DNA of 64,000 nt from Octopus bimaculoides (taxonomy: Eukaryota): assembly GCF_001194135.2 (NCBI RefSeq), contig NC_068983.1:70807878-70871877 (forward strand), in the 5' to 3' direction. Made by a program: the position numbers and the translations under genes. Below are positions 11,679 to 24,214 of the stretch, piece after piece. The notes under the pieces were generated by a model. That model saw only the letters and a list, made by a program, of their open reading frames with translations, did no database searches and was not told the origin of the DNA. The stretch's first letter is position 1. Every line of letters begins with the position of its first letter.

Positions 11679-12948
11679 TTGGGTCACCCCATAAATAATG
11701 CGGTTCCTTAAATTGCATGAACTAAAAGTTGGATGGGGACGGGATAAACTACCTGCATCAACTTGCTTTCAAAGCAGGTAGTAATTTTGCCTTGTACTTA
11801 TTCTTAGTGCAAGTTTTGAAGAGTGCAGTTCGATTTTAACAGTTATTTTTTCAAAGCTATAATGGAAGTGACAAAGGAGAATATTCGGCATATTTTGCTT
11901 TGTGAATTCAATAAAGGCAACAACGGAAAGTGCGAGTAATATTAATGCAATATATGGGTATCGGACAATATGCGTAAGCCAGTGTCAGCGGTGGTTCCAG
12001 AAATTCTGAACCGGAAACTACAGCCTAGAAGACGAGTTTCTTCCTGGAATATCTGTAGAACTCGACCAGGGCGTCCTGCAAACCCTGATGGACCAAAATC
12101 CTTTCGTAAAAGTTGAGGAATTAGCAGAGAAGTTTGGATTTAGTCATTCAACCATTCATCGACACCTTCGTGCTATCGGAATAATCAGCAAATTGGGTCA
12201 ATGGGTAGCTCACAAACTTCCCGAGTCTAATCACGCGCAGAGTGAGAATACGTGCTCTTCTTTACTGGCACTTTTCACGAATGAACTTTTTGTGGGGCCG
12301 AATAGAGACTGGTGACGAGAAATGGGTTCTCTATAAAAATATCAAGCACCGAAGACAGTGGATAGGGAAAGGAGAAACACCTGCGACCCAGACTAAAGAA
12401 GGTCATTACCCACGTAAGGTGTTGTTATCTGTTTGATGGATACGAAAGGATTAGTCCACTTTGAACTTTTAAACCCAAACCAAAATATTACAAAGGAGAA
12501 CTACTAGGAGCAGTTTAAGTGGCTTAAGTGAGCGCTAGAAGAAAAACGACCATCTTTGGTTTCAAGACAAAAGATGCTCTTCCATCAGGATAATGATCGA
12601 GCACACACAGCGAGGGTGACACTCCAAAGGCTGGAGCAGTTTGAATGGAAACGATTCCCACTCACGATATTCGCCGGACATTGCCCCATCTGATTATCAT
12701 TTATCCCGCAGTTTTCAAAATCACTGGACGGAAAAAACATGAATTCTGTAGACGAGGTCAGAACAGTACTGGAGGAGTATTTTTCGACACGGACAAGTGA
12801 ATTTTGAAGGAGGGGCAAATCTACCAGATAATGGAAGAGCATTGTAGAAAATGAAGGAGAGTATATTTTAGATTAAAAAAGAACTATATTTTAATTTTCA
12901 AACATAAAGGAAGTATAAAAAAGCTGCATTATTTATGGGATGATCCAA
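11679..12948 (+). mobile_element. Full-length (1270 bp) mariner DD34D transposon with decayed transposase
   Basis: Left TIR ttgggtcaccccataaataatgcgg and right TIR gctgcattatttatgggatgatccaa, both flanked by TA. ATG at 11862 (MEVTKENIRHILLCEFNKG). Motifs WVAHKL, TGDEKWVLYKN, HQDNDRAH, YSPDIAPSDYH. Ends IVENEGEYILD* at 12876, with several frameshifts and stops. Confidence 0.95.
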
Positions 12949-13134
12949 TATATACATACAAACACACATACACACCAATATGTATGTGTGTGTGTGTCTA
13001 TGTGTTCGAGTATGTTTGTGTGTGTATTTAGCATTGGTAGTTAATTACCCCAAGTATCGCCTTCAATATCATCAGTGTTGGTGACGTTTAACTGTCAACA
13101 AATTACTTCTGCTTATCTATTTCTTTCTCCCTCT

Positions 13135-13161
13135 TTATCTATCTATCTATCTATCTATCTG

Positions 13162-13206
<45 letters not shown>

Positions 13207-13260
13207 TTATCTATCTATCAAGCTATTCATCTATCTATCTATTTAACTATCTATCTATCT
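13135..13260. repeat. (ATCT)n microsatellite
   Basis: Read directly. Confidence 0.95.
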
Positions 13261-13282
13261 ACCTCTCTCCTCACCTCTTTCC

Positions 13283-13313
<31 letters not shown>

Positions 13314-13386
13314 GTGTATTATATGTAAATATTTGTGTATACATGCATACACACGCACACATACATACGCACACATACATGCACAT

Positions 13387-13419
<33 letters not shown>

Positions 13420-13659
13420 CATAATATATAAATGTATTCATTCATATACCCATTTACGTGCATATAAATAGATATTTATACATACAACACACGAACATGT
13501 AATGCATGTACGTTTGCGTACGTGTATATGTATATGAAAAAATAAATTAAGCCTTGCTTGTTAATTATCACAAACACTAATGATGAATAGGATGATATTC
13601 ATTATGATGTGATGCTAGTGGGTGGTGTTTGGCAAAGATAATGAATGCATTGAAGTGAA

Positions 13660-13890
13660 GATGTCGACGACAGTAACGAAGGCGAAGACGAAGACGACAA
13701 CGAGGACGATGACAATGATGACAACAACGAGATAACGGTGACGAGGTGAAGGCGACGACGATGAAGACCATGATGATACTAATGATGATGATGATGATGA
13801 TGACGACGAAGCGACGACGAAGCGACGACGATGACGACGACGACGATGATTGTGATGATGAAGACGATGATGATAGTTCATTGTGGTGAT
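13660..13890. repeat. Degenerate (GAC/GAT/GAA)n trinucleotide low-complexity tract
   Basis: gacgacgatgatgatgacgacgaa-type runs; these explain the His/Ser/Arg-rich ORFs here. Confidence 0.85.
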
Positions 13891-14851
13891 GGTTATCATA
13901 TTGATTGTTCTTAGTTATCGTAGATAAAGTGATATAGCCGGTGTACGTGAAATTGATGTTGAGGCAGTATTGTTCCTTGTGTCATTCATAACTGATGACT
14001 GTCTTGGTGTTAGTGGCGGAGGAAGTAAAAAAACCGGTGGTGTTGATAATAAAAGCAGTCGTGTGTATCTACGTAAATGCGCCCCTTTCTGAATATATAT
14101 NNNNNNNNNNGTGTGTGTGTGTGTGTGTTTGTGTGCATGTATGTATGTATATATGTATGTGTGTGTGTGTGTGAATGTATGTATTTAATGGTGATTGTGA
14201 ACAGGAGTAAAAGATTTCATAAAGAATGCACTTATTTACTCGCAGCTGGAACGATTAAGAAGAAAGCGTTTTCCATTGTTATGGGAACAAAAGAGATTGT
14301 GATGAGAGCAGACGACAGTTAAAAACAAAAACAAAAGGAAGAAACAGACAATATGGAAGATAGACAGAATCAAGGAAACCAGTCGTTGGATGACTGAATT
14401 GATTTTGTCACCGACCAAAATGTGTCCATATGCATTCAGCAACTAGATAGACTGCAACAGAAGATATAACACAACATTATCGGACATATATTACAGGACA
14501 GGACAGAGAGAATGTAGCAAATAACTTATTAGGAAGAATCGTGCGCTATAGTATCACTTAACATATGGAGTGTTGGATTGTGTAAGAATTGTATATGAAT
14601 GGAAGCTGGGATGACAGGACGATGGAAGAACGTGTCAATTGGTGGAATTCTGAAATAGAAAAAATGAAAAGTTAGATTATATTTTCTTTTCAAATATTAG
14701 TGGTACAATTTTGCAAGAACCAAAAGAATAACTGCCTAATAACGTATTCATTAAAAAATTATGCATATATACATATAAATACATACATATATATATGTGT
14801 GCGTGTGCGTATGTGTGTGTATATGTGCGTTTGTACGTGTCCGTGTATCTG

Positions 14852-14906
<55 letters not shown>

Positions 14907-15559
14907 NNNNNNNNNNNNNNNNNNNNNNNNNNNNNNNNNNNNNNNNNNNNNNNNNNNNNNNNNNNNNNNNNNNNNNNNNNNNNNNNNNNNNNNNNNNNNN
15001 NNNNNNNNNNNNNNNNNNNNNNNNNNNNNNNNNNNNNNNNNNNNNNNNNNNNNNNNNNNNNNNNNNNNNNNNNNNNNNNNNNNNNNNNNNNNNNNNNNNN
15101 NNNNNNNNNNNNNNNNNNNNNNNNNNNNNNNNNNNNNNNNNNNNNNNNNNNNNNNNNNNNNNNNNNNNNNNNNNNNNNNNNNNNNNNNNNNNNNNNNNNN
15201 NNNNNNNNNNNNNNNNNNNNNNNNNNNNNNNNNNNNNNNNNNNNNNNNNNNNNNNNNNNNNNNNNNNNNNNNNNNNNNNNNNNNNNNNNNNNNNNNNNNN
15301 NNNNNNNNNNNNNNNNNNNNNNNNNNNNNNNNNNNNNNNNNNNNNNNNNNNNNNNNNNNNNNNNNNNNNNNNNNNNNNNNNNNNNNNNNNNNNNNNNNNN
15401 NNNNNNNACATACATACATACATACATACAGACAGACAGACAGACAGACAGACAGTGTGTCTGTGCGTGTATGTGTATCTATAGATATAAACACATGCAC
15501 CGGTATGCACTGCAAACACACACACACACACATAGACACACACACACACATATACACAA

Positions 15560-15591
<32 letters not shown>

Positions 15592-15654
15592 TCACACACT
15601 TAGAAAGGTGCGCGCCCAAATAGTCGAAAACAAGACAAATACTTACTTAACGAG

Positions 15655-15790
15655 GTACATCATGAATAGCTTAAGCGAGGTCATTTCGCCAGAGACGTTC
15701 AAGAAATGCCTATACACAAAAATGAAGTACTTGAGGCTATGACATGAAGTCTATGCAGCGAATATGCACAACATATTGAAAATATGCCTG
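15655..15790 (+). mobile_element. Possible CR1-like LINE 3' end remnant
   Basis: Translation MNSLSEVISPETFKKCLYTKM resembles the CR1 RT C-terminal WNxLP.....FK..LD. Short and weak. Confidence 0.3.
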
Positions 15791-15814
15791 ATCCTAATTC
15801 GTAGAAACTCACTT

Positions 15815-15816
15815 AC

Positions 15817-15876
<60 letters not shown>

Positions 15877-15915
15877 TGTATGTATGTATGTATGTATGTA
15901 TGTATGTATGTATGT
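15815..15915. repeat. (CA)n followed by (ATGT)n compound microsatellite
   Basis: Read directly. Confidence 0.95.
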
Positions 15916-16686
15916 ATAAATCTACTGACACACGAACACATATACATATTTACTTATATTTCCATATATGCATATGACAGAAGTATATGTTGTAGTGGCC
16001 AGAAGAAAGAATATTATATAGATTTNNNNNNNNNNNNNNNNNNNNNNNNNNNNNNNNNNNNNNNNNNNNNNNNNNNNNNNNNNNNNNNNNNNNNNNNNNN
16101 NNNNNNNNNNNNNNNNNNNNNNNNNNNNNNNNNNNNNNNNNNNNNNNNNNNNNNNNNNNNNNNNNNNNNNNNNNNNNNNNNNNNNNNNNNNNNNNNNNNN
16201 NNNNNNNNNNNNNNNNNNNNNNNNNNNNNNNNNNNNNNNNNNNNNNNNNNNNNNNNNNNNNNNNNNNNNNNNNNNNNNNNNNNNNNNNNNNNNNNNNNNN
16301 NNNNNNNNNNNNNNNNNNNNNNNNNNNNNNNNNNNNNNNNNNNNNNNNNNNNNNNNNNNNNNNNNNNNNNNNNNNNNNNNNNNNNNNNNNNNNNNNNNNN
16401 NNNNNNNNNNNNNNNNNNNNNNNNNNNNNNNNNNNNNNNNNNNNNNNNNNNNNNNNNNNNNNNNNNNNNNNNNNNNNNNNNNNNNNNNNNNNNNNNNNNN
16501 NNNNNNNNNNNNNNNNNNNNNNNNNNNNNNNNNNNNNNNNNNNNNNNNNNNNNNNNNNNNNNNNNNNNNNNNNNNNNNNNNNNNNNNNNNNNNNNNNNNN
16601 NNNNNNNNNNNNNNNNNNNNNNNNNNNNNNNNNNNNNNNNNNNNNNNNNNNNNNNNNNNNNNNNNNNNNNNNNNNNNNNNNNNNNN

Positions 16687-16727
<41 letters not shown>

Positions 16728-17428
16728 GTATGTGTTTTGCCCAAACCATTATTTATCCTTTCCAAATCGCCTGTCGCTAAATTTGAATTCAAGATTTTTC
16801 AGGAAAATAAGCAATGTCATTTATACATAATTCCTATATATCTCGATTTTGTAACTATGTAGACTTTGGTACATTAAGATACAAAGGATCGCGAACGTTT
16901 GCCTGTGTCACATGGCTGGGATGTGGTGAAGTTCTGGTGATCTGTCCCGTTAATAGTCTGCCCAGCGGTTACTCTCTACTCAAAATAGCGAGATGAATTA
17001 TGCAAAATATGCGTAACAAATGTTTACTCAACAATGATAACTATTTACTGACAGTAAGCAGTTCTAAAAAAAATAATGCTTGGTGGTTTCCGCGAAAAAT
17101 ATGGGTCATCTATATATTTTTTCTAAGTTCAATCGCTTCTAACAGGTGAATGCAAGCAAGTCAATAAGGGAGTTTATAGACGATTATTTGACTTTACAAA
17201 AAGACAAGAAGGGGTATCGATTATTCCATAAATCTTAACTCTACACTCGGTAGCTCACACATTGGACAACGTCGTTTTAAATGTGCTGATACATGTATGA
17301 ATTCATACATACATACATACATACATACATACATACATACATACATACATAGTCAATTTAAAAAAAAACGTTTGGACGTGGTTCAAGCAATGTTTTAATA
17401 AGACGCTCAGAGAAGTAAAAAAGTAGAA

Positions 17429-17463
17429 GGTTTACGTTTCGAGCATAGCTCTCCTTCGGAACC
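17429..17463 (-). ncRNA. Minimal type I hammerhead-like motif (Penelope terminal-repeat family)
   Basis: Minus strand: GGTT-CCGAAGG-A-GAGC-TAT-GCTC-GAAA-C-GTA-AACC. Stems I and II are perfect, stem III is the ACGT palindrome, and the core has two deviations. Confidence 0.55.
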
Positions 17464-19658
17464 AGGAAGAAACAGGAAAACAAATCGCCAACAATCACGT
17501 ATATATCCATATATATATATNNNNNNNNNNNNNNNNNNNNNNNNNNNNNNNNNNNNNNNNNNNNNNNNNNNNNNNNNNNNNNNNNNNNNNNNNNNNNNNN
17601 NNNNNNNNNNNNNNNNNNNNNNNNNNNNNNNNNNNNNNNNNNNNNNNNNNNNNNNNNNNNNNNNNNNNNNNNNNNNNNNNNNNNNNNNNNNNNNNNNNNN
17701 NNNNNNNNNNNNNNNNNNNNNNNNNNNNNNNNNNNNNNNNNNNNNNNNNNNNNNNNNNNNNNNNNNNNNNNNNNNNNNNNNNNNNNNNNNNNNNNNNNNN
17801 NNNNNNNNNNNNNNNNNNNNNNNNNNNNNNNNNNNNNNNNNNNNNNNNNNNNNNNNNNNNNNNNNNNNNNNNNNNNNNNNNNNNNNNNNNNNNNNNNNNN
17901 NNNNNNNNNNNNNNNNNNNNNNNNNNNNNNNNNNNNNNNNNNNNNNNNNNNNNNNNNNNNNNNNNNNNNNNNNNNNNNNNNNNNNNNNNNNNNNNNNNNN
18001 NNNNNNNNNNNNNNNNNNNNNNNNNNNNNNNNNNNNNTTAATCAATAAGAGACTTCGATAAGTTCGGTTGCTATGAGGAGTGTTACCGAGACAAACGTTT
18101 TGGGCCCTGCTCTTCATCTCTAACTAAAGAAAGGAAGAAAAACGGTAAACAAAAAGGATTCGTTTGTTTTTATAATTTAAAACAAAGAAAAAAAACTACA
18201 GCTATTTTCTTCCGGTTAATTTCTATATTCATTTCTATTTATATATCCTGTATTTATAGTTATACACACGGTGATGCAGTCGATTTGAATGCGAGATGGC
18301 AACAGCAGAGTGGAATATATATATATACACGTGCTTCATAAACTGAGTACTGTATATCGTTATTTTTATATGAAGTCCAGATTGGCTATATTTTGCAATT
18401 CAACCCTTCGAAAAAGAGAAGTAGATAATGTAAGTACCAGTTATATTATTGGGATTTATAATGCAAGGGCATTTATAAGTTTCTGTAATTCTCACAAATA
18501 CGAGCCGACACGGGAGTTTTCCGTGTCGTTCGTTCTTTTCGAAATATTAGCTAAATTTCACTTCGAGTTACACTCCCTCCATCTTAGATAATGGCGAATA
18601 CATTCCTTGTTGCATGTACAAAGGTTTTGATGGTTAAAGCTGAGACACTTTTGATTATAGGCGATTCCGATGAGGCCGACGCAGGGCTAAATAACAAATA
18701 TTAAAATCACTAATGATGGGGGAAATGTATAAAGATCAAGAAGTATATTACAATGCACGCTTGCAAATACCCCTCCCTTACATATATAGCATGCGCAATA
18801 ACAACCTGTTGCCAGTACAAACAATTGTTAGATAAATTAATCCACTAATTAACATCTCTTTCCTGCTCTACAGATACAATATGTTAGTGTGTGCCTCTTC
18901 ATACACATACAGACTCAGACATTCACATGCACACACACACGCACACACACACACACAAACACACACACGCACACACACAGATACAAAGTGAACATAACAT
19001 ATTTTCATTTGCAATGAAGAAAGAAGGTAAGCAATGCGCGGTAACAGGTTGCAGAATATATAGAAAGTTAGAAAATGAACTGTAGAGAGAAACAGAGAGG
19101 GAAAGTAGGAGAGAAAGAGAGAGAGAGAAAGAGAGAGAGACAGAGAGAGACAGAGAGAGACAGAGAGAAGGGATGCATCAGACAGTGGTGGTGGAATATC
19201 CATTAATTGTATAGTCAAATACAAATACGTGAGTATGTATATATGTTTCATATACATATATACAGTATAAATATATGTTTTATATACATATATATAATAA
19301 CGTATGTATATATAGAAAAACACACATATACACATATACTGATTAAGTAAGAAGTAAGGAAGCAAGACATGATATAGAATTTACCAGGTACACACATTTT
19401 GGTTTATGTATGTATGTATGTATGGATGGATGCAGGCATGAATGCATGTTTGAATATGTGTGTTAATTTATGTGAAGTCATGTTTGTATGTAACTGCAAA
19501 CATAAGTAGAAAAAGATAGGCAGAGAGAACGGTAAACAGAGACAAGGGGAAATGGGAAAAGAGAAAGGCATAACATATATGAGAAGCTGGAGGCATAGAT
19601 TCAGACACGACAGTTTCTGCGACGGGAGAGACACCTGACAGCTGATAACTTGTGTGTG

Positions 19659-19691
<33 letters not shown>

Positions 19692-19748
19692 ACATATATG
19701 TATATGTGTGCGTGTCTATATATATTATAAGATAAACGGATTTAAAAC

Positions 19749-19779
<31 letters not shown>

Positions 19780-20751
19780 CATATATATATGCATAAATAT
19801 ATATACATATATATTTATGTATGAATGTGTGTGTATAAATATATATAATCATATATATATTTATACATGTATGTATGCATATTTGTATGTATGTATGTTT
19901 GTATGTATGTTTGTATGTATGTATGTATATATGTATAACTGTATACATGTACAGGAGATAGAGAGATAGAGACAGAGATAAAGATAAAGAGTAAACTGGA
20001 GATGGATGATCTGCAATTGATACCCTGTGAATTTGAACACGTTATATTTTGTCTATATATATACATTGACCCATGCAGATACACCTGTGTATATGCCACG
20101 TGCACGTGCCATACATACAGGTGTATATGTTCGCTCGCACGTGCGAACGTCTGATCTGAAGTAGGTGCCGGCTATATAATATAAGATTCACTATTATTAA
20201 CGTTTACTAATAGTTATTAGTATTCGGGTCGTTAAGCATGAGACAATTTTACGACGAACAGTTGGTCTGTGTAGTCGTTTTTTTTTTGTTTTGTTTTTTT
20301 CATTTATGTTTGTATTATCAAAGATAAATTTACATTTCAACCATGGACATTTCAATTTTTCTTCAGATATCGAATGTACAACAAAAGTATCCTTCCATTT
20401 TTAAGATCGTGTAGATTGATGCGAAGAGTATTTCGGCGCTATTTTTAGCAGTTTGATTTCACCTGCTGAAGCGAGTGTCGTTGGCTTCAATGAAACTTAC
20501 TTACTGTCCCTTTTCGATTATTTTCCTTTCCCGCTACACATACCTACTCCCGCGCGCGCGCGCGCACATACACACATACACACACACAAACACACACACA
20601 CCTACACAGACAGACACACACACACACGCACACACACGCATACACACTCTAATTTCTAAGCGATAAAGAGGTACTGTAAATCTCTGTAAGATTCGAACTC
20701 AGTAACTCAGGACAACGTGCTAAATCCCCTGCTCCAATCAAAATCGCCCCG

Positions 20752-20752
<1 letters not shown>

Positions 20753-20840
<88 letters not shown>

Positions 20841-20863
20841 TATTATTATTATTATTATTATTA

Positions 20864-20919
<56 letters not shown>

Positions 20920-20920
20920 T
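20753..20920. repeat. (ATT)n-(ATC)n-(ATT)n compound trinucleotide microsatellite
   Basis: Read directly. Confidence 0.95.
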
Positions 20921-22170
20921 TATAGGTTTTTGTTTCATGATAAATATTTAATACAATTAATTNNNNNNNNNNNNNNNNNNNNNNNNNNNNNNNNNNNNNN
21001 NNNNNNNNNNNNNNNNNNNNNNNNNNNNNNNNNNNNNNNNNNNNNNNNNNNNNNNNNNNNNNNNNNNNNNNNNNNNNNNNNNNNNNNNNNNNNNNNNNNN
21101 NNNNNNNNNNNNNNNNNNNNNNNNNNNNNNNNNNNNNNNNNNNNNNNNNNNNNNNNNNNNNNNNNNNNNNNNNNNNNNNNNNNNNNNNNNNNNNNNNNNN
21201 NNNNNNNNNNNNNNNNNNNNNNNNNNNNNNNNNNNNNNNNNNNNNNNNNNNNNNNNNNNNNNNNNNNNNNNNNNNNTATATATATATTTATTTATGTAAA
21301 TTAGCAGTAGTATTCCAAACGTATGTTTGTTCTTCGTAATTTACAGTTCATAATCATAAACATATGCGCCTGTGAGTGTTCACGAGCGCGTGCTTTTCTA
21401 TGCCAGTGTGTACGTGAGCGTACATTTGTTTACGTGTGTGTGTGTGTGTGCGTCTATTTATGTAATTCTATGTGTCGATATGCATGCGTATGCGAGCGCT
21501 TTCAATAAGGTGTATGTCTGCGGTTATTTGTGTTCCTTGTAAGAGTAGTAAACGCGAACCATCTGCTCTGTCACAAAACATATGCTATTTAAAAAGGGTC
21601 AATACTTATAAGATTTACATGTACAAACGACTTGTTTAGAATATTCGTGTATTAAACACTTAGCAAAATGAGAAGAAAATATTTCAAACATATGGTTATG
21701 TGTCTTTACGTGAGCTTGCATGTGCGTGTGTATGTGTAGTGCGTTATTGTGTATGTGTTTTAAATATGTACATCAATATTTCGATTTTACGTTACACCTA
21801 AAAATCATCAAAAGCTATGTTATAAATGTATAACGTTTATGTCTTGATTGTATTCGGTTATTTCATGTATGTACGTAATCTATTATAGAACGAGTGTTTT
21901 GTTATATTCTAATCTTTTCAAGAGTTTTTTTTTTTTCAAACTTTACAGGCAATTAATAACATAAATCAATTATCATATAAATCTATATACTAGCACAGTA
22001 CCCGTTCAGAGTGATTTTCTTTTATTTTTTCGTTAGCATTGTCATACATCCGTTTAGGTCACAGAATATTCACCCGCATGGAATGGGAAGAGGCAAATAT
22101 GTTTGTGTATGAGTTTGTGAATAATTAATTAATATATGTGCGTGTGTATATACATGTGTGTCTATATATA

Positions 22171-22214
<44 letters not shown>

Positions 22215-22434
22215 NNNNNNNNNNNNNNNNNNNNNNNNNNNNNNNNNNNNNNNNNNNNNNNNNNNNNNNNNNNNNNNNNNNNNNNNNNNNNNNNNNNNNN
22301 NNNNNNNNNNNNNNNNNNNNNNNNNNNNNNNNNNNNNNNNNNNNNNNNNNNNNNNNNNNNNNNNNNNNNNNNNNNNNNNNNNNNNNNNNNNNNNNNNNNN
22401 NNNNNNNNNNNNNNNNNNNNNNNNNNNNNNNNNN

Positions 22435-22493
<59 letters not shown>

Positions 22494-22719
22494 CATACAT
22501 ATGTGTATATTTTATACTAATGCATGTGTATATATATACAGATTTGCACATATATATGTATATGAATATATATATATATATATAGATATATGTATGTGCG
22601 TGTGTGCGTGGGGGGGGTATTGTTTCACAAATATTTCCTGTGTTGATGTGTGTGTATGAATTCAATAGCAGGCGATTTGTATATATCTATCTCATGACTG
22701 CCTTTTTTTTCAGATAGTA

Positions 22720-22990
22720 TTCTATATTACTTACCGGCAATGTCCTGTCACAATGAAAATTGTTACTGGACATTGTTAGGTAGTTGTAGATCGCTTGTGA
22801 TATCAAGCGCAAAAATGTGACGCGACCGACATTTGGGGTTTCAAAGGGTTCTGTTTCCCTTTTCATTGTTTGGGTATTTTGTTGCAATCTCCTGTTTCTG
22901 GCAAGTAAATGCATAATCTTCGAAGTATGTTTTGTTGTGGAGGTCTTGAACCCAAGAGAAGTTGCATTTCATGGTGATACCAATGTCAAA
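22720..22990 (-). mobile_element. RLE-type (R4-like) non-LTR relic, same segment as 5660-6300 and 9800-10300
   Basis: ORF-track MKCNFSWVQDLHNKTYFEDYAFTCQKQEIATKYPNNEKGN, then NPKCR (knuckle start) and a QDIAGK (RHD.VAK-like) remnant. Confidence 0.6.
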
Positions 22991-23270
22991 TACAAACAGG
23001 AAACATACCCATGTGCAATCATTTCTTTTTTTTCTTTTTGTATTTCTGTGTGTGCGTGTGAACGTATTTGTATGTGTGTGTGTGTGTACGTGTGTATGCA
23101 CGTGTGTGTGTGTGAATGGCGGAGTATGCTCAGCGTTTCATATCGAGGTTTTCTTTGACTTCTGTTAGTGCAGTCATTCTGGGGTTGTATGGCAGGTTGT
23201 CAGAGAGAGCATACACCCTGGAGAGCTCTCTACCGACACGCAGGATGTTGGGCACCTCACTTTTCAGCAT

Positions 23271-23305
<35 letters not shown>

Positions 23306-23364
23306 CTGTGTGTGTACGTGTGTGTTTATGCGTGTTTGTGAGTGTGTCTATGTATATTCTTGTT

Positions 23365-23600
23365 TTCTTTTACTTGCTCCAGCCATTCAGACTGCGGCCA
23401 AGCTAGAGCACCGCTTTAAAGGGCTGTTTCTTTAGTCTAAGCAATTGACCAACAGGACTTATTCTTTGTAAGTCTAGCACTTATTTTAGCGGTCTCTTTC
23501 ACTGAACTGCTAGATAATGGTACGTAAACACACCGACATCTGTCATCAAACGGTGGCGGAAGAACACAGACACAAAGTCACACACATATATGTATATATG
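23365..23600 (-). mobile_element. SINE family B, 3' half
   Basis: ttttacttg...actgcggcca..ctagagcaccgc...caggacttattctttgtaagtctagcacttatt; similar to 56526-56965. Confidence 0.8.
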
Positions 23601-23773
23601 TCTGTGTGTGTTCGCGCGCATGTATATATATATATATATATATATATATCTTTATATATACTAAGGTAACAAAGAAGTCAGGTCGTACATGTAATAAACC
23701 AAACTCTTAGATATGGGTGGGTTCCGTCAATTATTCACGACTCAGTGGGAACAGCGACACTATATACATATAC

Positions 23774-23810
<37 letters not shown>

Positions 23811-23985
23811 NNNNNNNNNNNNNNNNNNNNNNNNNNNNNNNNNNNNNNNNNNNNNNNNNNNNNNNNNNNNNNNNNNNNNNNNNNNNNNNNNNNNNNNNNN
23901 NNNNNNNNNNNNNNNNNNNNNNNNNNNNNNNNNNNNNNNNNNNNNNNNNNNNNNNNNNTGGTATGTGAAAGCACGTGGTTGGATG

Positions 23986-24214
23986 TATAAAAGATAATAA
24001 GAGTGAAAAAACTACAGAAGGCTTGTGTTACATGGTTAAAGTATATATTTAAATTATGTTAGAAAAATGTTATAAAATTTTTTGGGTATATAAACCAAAT
24101 GCAATGTTTATATACCAAAAAATTTTATAACATTTTTCTGACATAATTTAAATATATACTTTAAACATGTAACACTAGCCTTCTGTAGTTTTTTCACTCT
24201 TATTATCTTTTATA
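23986..24214. repeat. Long inverted repeat (foldback): ~110-bp arms with a 10-nt spacer
   Basis: Arm 23986-24095 is the reverse complement of 24106-24214 with 3 substitutions and 1 indel; spacer is caaatgcaat. Confidence 0.95.

Noticed and set aside
13985-14040. CTGATGA word
   Set aside because: No GAAA or stems in canonical or permuted order.
18094-18120. Minus-strand GAGATGA-A-GAGC-AGG-GCCC-AAAA-CGTT
   Set aside because: Probably a copy of the 17429 family, but the core, stem II and GAAA are all mutated, so it is not called as a ribozyme.
22820-22870. Hammerhead-like AAAGGG...CCCTTT-GAAA on the minus strand
   Set aside because: No CUGANGA core, and the sequence is explained as RLE-LINE coding sequence.
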